Assembly: GCA_030141605.1 (NCBI GenBank)
Contig: JAQGDQ010000084.1
Coordinates: forward strand, 124,001 to 188,000
From: Tubiluchus corallicola
Taxonomy: Eukaryota > Animalia > Priapulida
Direction: 5' to 3'
Length of the DNA: 64,000 bases
Part shown: positions 1 through 11,800 of the stretch, in pieces
Layout of the letters: each line of letters starts with the position of its first letter
Numbering within the stretch: position 1 is the stretch's first letter
The notes under the pieces: generated by a model
Seen by the model: the letters and a program-made list of their open reading frames with translations, nothing else
The model's database searches: none
What the model was told of the DNA's origin: nothing
Program-made: the position numbers and the translations under genes

Positions 1-209
1 ATTAAAATTTTCATCTTGTAGTCGTGAAGAGCGTCCGCAATCACTTCTGTTACTTTATTGCTGTTACTGAAATTAGTGTTTAGTGCACGTGTTATATCTT
101 TCTGAGATTATTTTAAAATTTTTACTATTTGTGTAATTAATAAACATTTAACTATTTTATGTACTACTAAGTTTATACTCATGTGGTACAAAAACAGCCA
201 ATCACAAGG

Positions 210-3200
210 ATGACTGGAAAAAAGAAACAAGATGAACTTGCAGCACAACTTCCTATATGGAAAAAAGCATTGAAGTCAGAAGCTGCTTGGAACTCTGACG
301 ATAAAGTGAGTTAGGCGGCCCAGCACTCTAGGTCCCTATCGATTTTCGCTAAGCGAATCGACTTTCGATTCGTGTATTCGATAGGCGAAAGTCTATAGTA
401 TAGGGACCTGGATTGTGATAGAGTAGATATTGATTCTTTTGTAGGGCGGGGAGTACGCCACTAGCCAAAGTAGGACACTTCCGCTAAAGCGCATGCGCTA
501 AATTTGCAGAAAACGGTGTCTTGCATGGGCAGCCTGCATAGGCCTGTGGCAATTATGTTGAGAATCAAGAATTGTCAAATTTTTAAAGTTTGTGTACCCT
601 TGGGAGCAAACAATTATTCGTCGAAGAGGTATGAAGGGTACTGATGATTCGGATCATCAGTCAATGAAGCGAGACAAAATATAACATGATCTACCTTAGC
701 CAGATGTTGGAATCGCCTTAAAAGCGGGCTTATTTCACTTCAAAAAAGATTAATATCGAAGCAAAATTTAGTATTGGCCATTCTACTAGCCCTGAATAAG
801 ATTCTTTTAATTTGTCAGATGTATAATAAATTATTCAACGTGTATTTCAATTATTATTATTAAATAAACAAGGAAAATAGACGTGCCAGTAAGCTTAACG
901 ATCCCATTCGTGACCTGTCTCTAGTGTCCTACTTGGGCAGCCCAGGTACGAAGCCTCCTACTTGGGCTAGCCCATGTATGCCATTTGCGCTACCTGGGCT
1001 AGTGTCTTACTCTGCTCCCAGCAGTTTATTTCGTTTAACCATACATCTTTAATTACATTAATTACAAGAGAACATGAAAGGACTAATGATAGCAAAGCCA
1101 TTGACGACCATGGAGTACCAGCGACTCCTGCCTGTTGCTTTAAGAACACTTGTAATTAAAGTTGTGTTGATGATCTAAACAGAGAAAAAATTTTTTATTG
1201 TTAAATATGGTTTACCTAATTGCAAGGACAATATAATTTAAACATTTATAATAAACGCCACTGGGTTAATGACGCAGTGCTCATGTCTGATTGCCTGTGA
1301 AAAAGAGTATTCTGCTTCTAGGCTCGATATGTGAGTTCTAAATAAGTTGATTGACCAATAGCCAATTTGTTTATTAAGACATTTATTATGGATTTTATTT
1401 GTTTGTTTTCCGAACTGTGAATTCCTACTCGTCCCAACAGGGAGCAGTCTAGGAAATTTACTAATTCTTAAATTGGACGAGCGAAAATTTACAACAATGA
1501 TTGTACATTGTCTTAATTATTTTGTTCCTTGACTTGTTATTTAGCCAGCAAAACACGGACTGACTTCTCATAATTGTTCCTTAGTCAACTTCAAGTAGCT
1601 TTTACAAATCTTTACGACATGACTACGTAAGCTAACGTAAGTGACTACTTACTTGCTTACTTACTTACCTAGCAATAACAATTTATCATCTTGCTCAGTT
1701 AAAGTAAAATAAAATTTGTGCATTATAAACTTGTTTGACAAGCACTATATGAATGCAAGCTCTTCCTGTAGTTCAGTTACAGGCAAATTTCTTTAGTCAA
1801 AAAGCTAGAGTGGAACGCGTGTCATCATTTTATTTTTACATTGCAGGATGAGTTCCTGGATGTGGTTTACTGGTTACGACAGCTAGTTGGGATTATACTC
1901 GGAATAATTTGGGGAATATTGCCAATGAAAGGATTTGTAGGGATTTTAATGTAAGTCAAGTTTGAATTGAGCATCATAAATATGTAGTTTATGAAAAAAC
2001 TTTTCTGTTTTACATCAGTATAGCGGTTTGCCGCTCGTAATGTGCTGGTTAATGTGTTGAAATGTTTAACGGAGATAAATTTACGCAACACTCAAAGCCA
2101 GGTTTGTGACTTTAACATACATTTCTGCTAACGAAATACATAAATTAACTTGACACTCTCATACAATAACTTCATAAACCTCACAACAATCTCGTAAATG
2201 TGTTCTAGCACCTGCCAGTATGACGTCCATTGTTCACTAAACGCAAAAACCGGACAACACAACAATGCCTGCCGATCATTAATAGAGGACAGCACCGTCC
2301 AATAAAAGCGAATTCAATCTGACAATTACAATCAGTATTGTCTCTGCTTTATTATTTGTGAACAGTATGAATGTAAATCTCATTGCCTCCCAGTGGCGGC
2401 TCGTTTATAGGCACTGTGGAACTGCAGCACCCCCTATTTTCACTCGATGTTATCAACAATATTCAGTATAGTGAGTCTTTTTTCCTTGATTATTTTTTTA
2501 TACTTGTACGGTACTAGAGCAATTGACGAAACTTTGGGTTTCAGAGGTCCAGCACTATGCACTCACGACTTCAGCGACGTGTTGCTGTTGTGCGCATGAG
2601 GCTGTGAGGCACATGTCTGAGATAAGATGCTGCACTCTAGTTAGGGAATGCAGTGTTGCTCCTGTAGTTCTGTGGTTGAGTGTTGAATGTTGAGTGGAGA
2701 AATATTCGAGTACTTGTTGGGGATTCTTGTTCCAGAAAATCAAACTACAGATGGCAAATCAAAACATATTCTAGAACAATTAGACGTATTTCTTCAAGGA
2801 GTTGAACAAAAACTGATGGTGCAAATGTAATGAAAGGCAAAAAGCAGGAGTTCAAGCAAAAATAAAATCAGTTAATAGTAATGCACATTATACTATGAGA
2901 ACTGAAAAAAATCCTGAAATAAATAAAATGCTTTTTTGCTTGTTTGTTTTATTTACTCTGATACAAGTTTGATGAAGTAGCTAGGGAAAAAACCTTAACC
3001 AAAAAAGTAGAACAATGTTGATGGTTAAAGGTCCTGGTGCTTCAAAAAATTGACAGATTTTATTTTGTAGCCTGTATTTCATTAAATTCTAAAATTAAAC
3101 TTGGTTTTATTCAAATTACGATTTGATATTTCGGTTGATTGTGCCTGGAGACCTTAAACTTCACAGTCGTCAGCACTGAAGATGTGCCGCATTGCCGTAA

Positions 3201-5426
3201 AAAGCACGCTACAAATAGTACAAAAAGTTAAATGAACAATATTTACGCTATTTTAGCCAGAATTCTTAAATGATTTTTAACATTTAGAAGAAAAGAAAGA
3301 TAAAATGAATAAATAAATACTATTAAAACCTTGTGGGAAAATGCTACCGAAAATGAAATTTTCGACGAAAGCGAAACTGACCTGAAAGTGAGATTTTCGG
3401 CAACATGCAGGTAACATCTCGGCATGTGTTTGCTTCGTTTTATACAATATGAAAACAATGGCTAAAAATTTGCTGAAGCGACACCCCACACATCTTAGCT
3501 ACGACCCGCCACTGTTACTTCCATTAATGAAATGGAAAATTGTTGGTAATACGATTCAGACAACATTACCCATTGCTGTGTACAACGTCGCTAATATGGC
3601 TCATATTATTCTTTTTTCTAGATTCTGTAGTCTAAATGCTGCGATTTTATACGTTTACATAACAAGCTTTCAAAGAATCGATGAAGAGGATTATGGCGGC
3701 ACATGGGAGTTGACAAAAGAGGGATTCATGACATCTTTCGCTTCATTTTTAGTAGGTTTCTTTCCATCTTTGCGTTTCTTGTCAGTATTTTATACAAACT
3801 TTTCTATGAAACATATTGTGTAACTTAGCACGAGTCCTCCTGGAAGTTCCTGTAAATCTGCCCAAGGATGGACAGCAGTACGGCTGAGATGGTTAACCAA
3901 CTGCTAACTGGTGTAACCGTTTGACCATTACTTAACAAAGTTTTCTACGTATCCGTATTAATGGAACCTTGTATATTTTCGGAGCTGGTGTATTAGCTGT
4001 ATTTTTGTCCCATGTACATAAAATTGTACTATTTACAACATTGTTTTGGTTAAACTGGTTGCCCAAGAAGCACCTAAACGGTAAATTGCAAAATGAAATT
4101 ACTAGGATGCTGCCATGTTGGACATCCTTTCTGGCGCATGCTGGATTTGGACCACACCGCTTACTCGTGCAAATTGTGCGTATTCGATATTTTCTTATAT
4201 GTATGACGTCATCAGGAACGGTTAACCGGTTAGTTTAAAAGCCTAACTGTCTTAACTGTAGACAGAATTCGTCTGTACACCGGTCCCTGTCGGCGATAAA
4301 CTAAGTTTGCCATGTTTAGTTGTTTACCATGTTGCCGTACTAATGAAATCATGTCGACATACACTGTTAGCGGTGCTCTGCTTACACAAAATTGTAATGT
4401 TAATAGCGTAGCTTGAACTAATCCGATTGTCTAAGAAGCATCTAAATATCAAATCTCAAAACGTTTTTACTTCCGTGGTATTAAAAGGACGCTGTCTTGT
4501 TAGTGGAATTTTCACTGGTGCCATGCTAGATTTGAACCTCTCCGCGTGCTCGTTCACTAAAATAATTATTCGAAAAACAAAAAAAAATACCAAAGAAAAC
4601 AGATGCAGTAGAATATATTTGACTAAAATGCATGCGGTTAGTATTTCGATATTTTTAAAGGAAATTTAACAAGGAGATTAATTTTACTTTTCAAAGTTCT
4701 GTTGTATTCACTGCTTATGATGCTGTTGGATATGATTACTTATCAGCCATGCAGCAAGTCTGTAGTCACATCTGAAAAGTAAGAATAGTGACATTTCGAA
4801 GTTTCTATGAAAATGACTTGAATGAAGAATTTAATGTTTGTTACTGACTTGGCAAAAAAACTTGAAAACTGGGTGATTGTGTAAACACGAGTTCAGAATA
4901 AAGAATCCTTTAAAATTTTGAAAACTACAATAGCTTTTTTTAAATCAAAGCTTAGATTAAATAATAATTACCTCGGATACTCAAATTTCGTTAAACTTTC
5001 AAAGCTACTCGCGGCTCAGTAAATTTACTAAGATTGGCAACGGCGCCTTTTTGTCACATTCTTGTGGCCAACTAATAGAAGGTTGGCACCGTGATAAGTG
5101 TGATCATGAATTGCAGTGTTAATTTCTGACGTCATATGATGTAGAGACAATTTTCATGACATCACACGTTTAAGTACTGTAACACTTATGCAAACGTGCT
5201 TGAAGCACAAGGGAAGACGCCTACCATTGCACAAACTGTGGTTAGTTTTTGACGTACCTGCGTGTTCTGTCGTGTTCGGCTGCCATTAATTAACTCTTAA
5301 GCATCCTCCATTTTCCTCAACATTTCATGAAAAATACATTGAACACGTAAAAATGTTAACGCTTATCGTCTGCTTTGTGTCTAGGTGGCATGGATTACTG
5401 TGTATTCTGCATTGTATTATGGGTGA
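210..5426 (+). CDS. RAB5IF: RAB5IF / C20orf24 (OPTI, GEL complex subunit; EMC6-like family), 4 exons, 123 aa
   Basis: Exons 210-305, 1847-1950, 3622-3751, 5385-5426; GT-AG introns, phases 0/2/0. Translation MTGKKKQDELAAQLPIWKKALKSEAAWNSDDK-DEFLDVVYWLRQLVGIILGIIWGILPMKGFVGILI-FCSLNAAILYVYITSFQRIDEEDYGGTWELTKEGFMTSFASFL-VAWITVYSALYYG*. The motifs DEFLDVxYW and IDEExYGGTWELTKEGFMTSFA match human C20orf24 as recalled. Confidence 0.96.
2391..3514 (+). mobile_element. hAT-type MITE family C, copy 1 (with extra internal sequence)
   Basis: TIR CAGTGGCGG..CCGCCACTG; degenerate 8-bp TSD TTGCCTCC/TTACTTCC; ends shared with 9798-10294 and 12385-12879. Confidence 0.75.
4875..5256 (+). repeat. Dispersed repeat family F; second copy at 60647-61017
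   Basis: About 370 bp of collinear match, GATTGTGTAAACA..AGTTCAGAATAAAGA..AAACTGTGG..AGTTTTTGACGTA. Confidence 0.75.
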
Positions 5427-6584
5427 CGAAGGGTAAAGTAGTTGAATGGTAGTCGTCACGTCTTAACTTTTAACAGCATCGTCTGGCTTCGCAGAGTCCC
5501 CATCCTCCAAGTTTCCAGCAGCGAGCTCTCTTTCGCACCTAACGGTCAGCAGAAATCAGCTGAAATGTCCATCGGTTGTTTCATGCATCGGTATCCTTAT
5601 ATATTTCTATTTTTGTAACTTGAACGAATTCCATTTTTGTTTTGTAAAATGAAGAATAGGAAAATTTAAACTTGGAATACTGATTGAACAGTAGTGTGAG
5701 TTGCTATTGGTGCCAATATTTTGTCTTTATATTTTGGCTGCTTATACATATTGTCTTACTAAGTCTTTTAACACCTGTAGTATATTTCTCGATCCAGATA
5801 TTCCAGTTCACTACTATAGTATTAATATCACATTAGACGACCCGCAATGGTCACTGGGGGTGGAGTAAGCATCGAATGTTCGAATTCTAATTCGATTCAA
5901 AGCTAATATTACAGATCCGAGCACTTCAACTCAATTTCCATTCAATTTCAATTTATTTATCTCTTTAGAACACAACAATAGAACAAAATAGCATTAATAA
6001 CAAAATGGTGAGAATGGTTACAATAGATAGATATACAGTGTTTCCCTCACTGATCGCGGGTGTTCCGTTCCAGGTCCACCCTGGAATCAGAATCAGAAAG
6101 GTAATCAGAAAGAGAAAGACTATAAAGTCACCTAGTCTGCTGTCCTTCACCAAATATAGAAAATGATCATTAGACCCTCCTGGGTATAAAAATTAATGTT
6201 GACTGTTTGATTTAGGTAATATCAACATCACAGAATTCTTAGATCACAAAAATCACTTACATACTTTTGTTTATCATTAAACATTTGAAACTTCATGGAA
6301 TTAGCACAATTCAGCTGTGATCTGTGCGCATAATTTTTAGCAGATATTAGTGTTTTTGACTGCAGAACAAATTATGAAGAACTATGCATAATGCTGTAAT
6401 TATTAATTTACTACATTGATAAACTTTCTTTTATTAATAAAGCCCAGTTATTTGTAATAATTTCAGCATTGTGACCAGAGTTACAAATATCTGGGATTTA
6501 CTAATAAAAGAAAGATTATCTATGTACCCTAATAAGCCTTCTCTTGGTGTGCAAAGTCGTTCAGTTGTTTTAACTTTGTTTTCA

Positions 6585-6845
6585 AGCACTTAGTTATTTA
6601 TTTCTTTTCTACGGGTCTGTTTATTCATTTCTTTTCTACAGGTCTGTTTATTCATTACTTTCGTTTCTCTTTAAATACATAATTACTGCACAATTTTCTG
6701 TACTGTAGGCTCTGCCTATACAAACAAGTTTGTTGTTTTGTATAGTGTAGCACTGATGATGACAGCTGATTGCCGTAGAAACCTTTGGGCGTGTTTTTAA
6801 ACAGTTGTAAATTAAAGTTTTCAATAAAAGTTGTGCTGCTTTAAT
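6585..6845 (+). mobile_element. Third, more diverged copy of the tandem-array plus hammerhead-terminus element
   Basis: Partial units GGTCTGTTTATTCATT..AAATACATAATTA, then TAGGCTCTGCCTATA, CTGATGATGACAGC..GAAAC (6753-6782) and AATAAAAGTTGTG. Confidence 0.55.
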
Positions 6846-7368
6846 AATAACTTCTGGTGTAATTAGAAATAAAGTACGGTAGTGGCGGGGCTAGTTCAGG
6901 TGCTTCATTGTTTACTGAAGATGAACCAGGTGTTTGTTTATGGAAGATGAAGGATGGTATTCATAAAATTTGTAAATAAGAAATGTATTTCTTTATTGAA
7001 ACAAGGACTTAAATATATAAAAATAAACTAATATGCTTATTTAACAGGTATAAGTCTTATTGCATTGTTCTAGGTTTCTTGTAACAAACCAAAAAATCTA
7101 CAGCACAAGACAGTTTACTAAGTTTACTACAGGACATTTTTATCACACTTATTCAGATGTTGGCAGTGTTAAAAATGTGTACAGTATCTTTGAAAACTAA
7201 GGTGGGAGTTTTGCAGACATACATAGATTTGGAAAAAAAATCGTGTCACACGCGCCTGGTACTAGAGGTGCGCCAATTTAATCGGTTTTTGCAAATGTCG
7301 GGCATTTTTCTTGTGATCCATAATCGGGTGATTATGTCTCCAATAACAGGCTAATTTGCCAATTAGGC

Positions 7369-7568
7369 TAAAATTTACAATTCCTCGTACACAAGAAATT
7401 AGTTTGTGAAGCGGATTAGTATTAAGGTTAGGATTAGGGTTTGGGTTGGAGTTAGGAGTAAGGCTAGAGTTAGAGTTACGGTCTGGGTTTCATGTTGGGG
7501 TTGGGATTAGGGTTTAGGTTGGGGCTAGGGTTAGGGTATTAAAATGTGTGGGGAATTGTAAACTCTTT
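7369..7568. repeat. Small element with inverted ends and a degenerate TTAGGG-like core
   Basis: TTTACAATTCCTC..ACACA / TGTGTGGGGAATTGTAAA flank ~115 bp of GGTTAG/GGTTGG-type hexamers (7420-7537). Confidence 0.6.
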
Positions 7569-8022
7569 CTGCCAATTATTATAAATAATATCTAGTCTAC
7601 AAGTATCAGAAATATTCCACCAAGAAGTCCAGTAAAACGTCCAATAATTTATGATTTAAACAAATGAAAATCTTTCTAACTTCATAGCAGCTTGAATTGC
7701 AACAGTAAATCCACATAATGCTTATTGGCAAGTCATGCACAATGGCAGCAGCAGGAATCTTTCTATTCACACACACACAGCACGTTTTGAAAGAAAGGTT
7801 TCTTACAAGCATGTGTTTCACCATTAATTTAAACTAGAAGGAATTACAAAGAATGACAACAAAGGAAACCAGTAGAATTCTGAGTGTTTTTAAAATAAAA
7901 GTAAATGGCGAGAGTTCAGTAAACAAAAAACAAACATAAAAATGAATTACAGTGTTCTTGACAGTTATACAAAATCAAGTTTCAATATTCAATTAACAGT
8001 TTATTTATGCATTGTACAAACC

Positions 8023-8545
8023 TAAAGGAAGATAGCACGATTTTTATATACTACCCTATTTTCAAGTCCGTTGAACAGTATAAAGTTTAACGCAATTAAT
8101 ACAGCAAATAATAGATTAAAATCTTAATTAACAGAGCCCAGCTATTGATGGCATCACTAACTAACATAATTTTCAACATTTGCAAAATCGAAAATAGATA
8201 TTCAGTGTATTGTACTAAAACTAGGCAAGTTTTAGATAAAAATTCAAATTTCAAATTTATCGCTGTGCTCCCGCACGAAATGTTGAACGTGTGTAGTTCG
8301 TCACAAACTAACATATCTGAACAGAGACGTACAGTTTCTGTTTTTGTGCAATGCGTTTCCGAAATGCAGGCACTAGTGCCCGTCTAACTAGCGAATGACA
8401 AAGTGCGTGTAACAAGGAAGAACTTGTGTGGTAATAATTCTTTCATGTAAGTTATTTTTGAAAAAAATAGTATGTTTCCTTTCAATATTTTAAAGAGCAT
8501 ATTGTTTTGGCGTACAGTATAAGATTGGGCCCGGTTTCACTTTAA
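8023..8545 (+). mobile_element. Kolobok-like MITE family A copy
   Basis: Ends TAAAGGAAGA..CCGGTTTCACTTTAA; shares its ~550-630 bp body with 11450, 16083, 41120 and 52662. Confidence 0.75.
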
Positions 8546-8827
8546 ACACAAAAGACAAGGTATAGCTGAATGGTCTGGCAATTTTTTAAATAATGGATGC
8601 ATCAATCGATTTCCGGGAAATTATTTCTTCTAATGAGTTGTTATTTATAACGGCATAACAGTTAATTGATAAATTCCATAATTGGCGCACCTCTGCCTGC
8701 TGCTTGCATAAACTTGCTTCTGCAGTGCTATAGTGTACTGCGCTAATTGCTACTTACAATTCTTTTACTATATCATATCTATAATTCGTGCTTCTGGAAT
8801 TGTCCAGCAACTTATCAGGCCCAACAG

Positions 8828-11800
8828 TTAGCTGCCATACAGCCAGTTTCTCAACATAACTAAAGCCTGAATTGGTTTCCACTGTGGTACCATATGTCCT
8901 GAACCCTGCAATGCAAGCAACAGTATATATTACATAACAATTATAAATTGGATTATCGTTTGAACGTTTCCCAAGGATTTGATGATTCCCTTTGTGTGTT
9001 TTCTATTAAGAGAACATTAATAGTAGAACAGTGGTTCTTAACCTTATTCACTGCTGATACGGCAGACGCCTTTGCTTTGCCCACATGTCACTAGACGATT
9101 GTAGTTAAGACGCGTCACTAAACCTTTGTCGTACTGCTCGAACTGTTTATTTATCTGCACAATATTTTGACATTTGCGCGGCTTAGGCCAGTGGTTCTTA
9201 ACCTTTTTCATTGGTGGTACCACCTGGTCCCATAATAAATTGTTTCAACTAAAAATATCAAGCTTGAGCTACCCTCCTCTAAATGTTGGCAATCTGTGTA
9301 GGGAGGCCGAATTTCAAAAATTGATAAATCTTAACAGAATGTATATCAAATTACTCGTTTTGTCACACCGAATAAGAAAAATATATAGCTTGACCTATCG
9401 CTGACCTTTTACTAGGTTACTATGACTGCAATTTTGATAAGGTCAACCCACTTTCAGTCAAAAATCAAATTTATCCATAACGTTGTGATTAACGGATTTG
9501 AACGAATTTCGTATCGAATTATGGATTTTTTGATATGACAAGTTGATATGACTTTAAACAACTTTAAAAAACAAAAATTAAGCCTGAAATTATAGTTTTG
9601 AAGAAAAAGATTACCAGTATTGGCCAAGCTACATAATTGTGTAATGTACATTGATACCTATAGTAGGGTCTGTTTGCTGATTTACCGAAAAATTGCAAAA
9701 ACATGTTTTATGGTATTTTCTTGTAGTATTTGTACTAAATACTTTGTTGGTTTTTATCACTCTAAAAGATTAAATAAAGTGAAGTCACTATTGTAGTCAG
9801 TGGCAGCTCGTGTATAGGTATTGTGGAACTGGAGCACCCCCTATTTTCGCTCAGTAGTATCGATAATATTCAATACAATAAGTCTTTTTTCTTTAGTTCT
9901 TTCTTTATACTTGTATTGAACTAGAGCACCTGACAGTAGTACTGTTTGCTTCACAGCTCAGGAATGCGGTGTTTGGCTGCTGCACGCATGGGGCCACGCG
10001 CACGTCTGAGTCCAGGTAGAGAAAGTACTGTCGCTCACACAGTTTGTTGTCAGTTGCTTACCGTGAATGGATCAAGTTTGAACTGCGACAATTTAGGCTA
10101 TTAGTAAGCAAAAATATTTTTTGTTTAGGATTTTATCAAGTTTATGTATAAACTTTCATATTTTTGCTTGTTTAAAACTACAATTACAAATTACAACATT
10201 TAAATTACATATGTTTGTTTTACACAGTATTAAAACAATGGCTAAAAATTTTCAGAAGCAGCACCCCACTGATTTTAACTACGAGCCGCCACTGATTGCA
10301 GTCCATGTTTCTTATTCTGAAACAGCAAATTGCACAATTACCTTCACTGTAACGTAATCTAAGTTCTTAAATTTCTTGATATATCCTGCAATTTGGTTGT
10401 CGTGTTTCCAAACTTTCCACTTCCGTAGCACCTGTGTAAAAAAAGACATGATAATAGAGCACCATCGATAACAGTTCGTATCCTCCACAAAGAACTGTAA
10501 TATTCAAACTAAAAGCTTAATATGTGATTCATTTTGACGAAAAAAGCCTCACTTATTCAAAACTAAAAAAAATTAGTTTGTTTAAGGGACGAGATAACAC
10601 TCAGTCTTCATAAATTAAGCTTAGAAAATTTGTCTAGGCATTTTTATTATGTATACATGTTGTATTACATACTTATTGCATGCAGAGCTTTTATTACTGG
10701 CAACAATTTAAACTCCCGTTATGACCGTTAGGCGCAAGCACTCTAACGGTAAGACATTTGAAACAAGTTTAGATAACTGTTGTGTTTCTTTCTCTCGGAC
10801 GGCTCGTACAGAAAACAAGAAAACACGTTGTCAACTTAAACTGGTTTATTGTGTGAGAATTCCACAAAACAAAGTATGAAGGAACACAAAATATTGCAGT
10901 CAAGTGAAAGGAAAATAGCATGCGATAATCTGAAATTAATCTCAGAATATGAGAATAAACTCGAGCGGCCAGCTCTGCCTTATATATCAATGCAAATAGA
11001 CAATACCAGAACAATCTAGAAACTACTACGTGCATCTCGTATAGAAAGTTCTAGAATCTACGATTGTTTCTACAAAAGATTGTTCTACTATACTATAGAA
11101 CATTCTACAATTTTCTATTCAATTCTTATGGATCTCCACAACAATAACACTGAGTAAAGTTTGAAAAATAATTAGAGCATTCGTAGCTTACTCTTCGCTA
11201 ACTAAGCAAAAGTTTTAATTACTTTACGTTGTTAATAAGATTAAAAATACGTTTTTGGTGAGTCAGTGGTGCATACTGGGATGGCGATGTAATACCATTT
11301 TACCAGTTCTCATGAATATTTTAAATTATTAAGGAATTTTCTTTTTCAATTGCATAAGTATTTCAAACAAGCAAGTCTAATGGTAAGTAACATAACTTTG
11401 TGTGCGAAGTTTTTTAGGACATATACTAAGATCCCCGCTTCTGCCCCTTTAGAGGAAGACATGCTTTTTCATATACTATCCCTTTTTCAAGTCCGGTAAA
11501 AAGTATACATTTTAACACAATACTGCAAAAGCGATTCTGATAATTAAATAATAGATTAAAAACTAATTAACGGCGGGCGTGCCCAACTGTTGATGACGTC
11601 ACAAACGCATGTAATTTTCAGCAGCAAAAACATTCCACGATCGTGTTGTACGTATTTGCGAAAGCGAAGTACAGTGCTACTGTAAGAGATTCGGTGTGTT
11701 ATAATGAAACTAGACAAGTTTTAATATAAAAATTCAAATTTCAAATTTACCGCTGTGGTCATGCATGAACTATCGAACGTGTGAAGCTCGTCACAAACTA

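Noticed and set aside
641-661. Hammerhead ribozyme at CTGATGA
   Set aside because: The CTGATGA is paired within a perfect hairpin, and no stem II plus GAAA follows.
5424-5438. Selenocysteine or readthrough at the RAB5IF TGA
   Set aside because: The stop falls where the homologous protein ends, and no SECIS-like structure was recognised downstream.
7420-7537. Telomere or chromosome-fusion relic
   Set aside because: The hexamers are highly degenerate and enclosed by inverted ends, which is typical of small transposon-derived elements.
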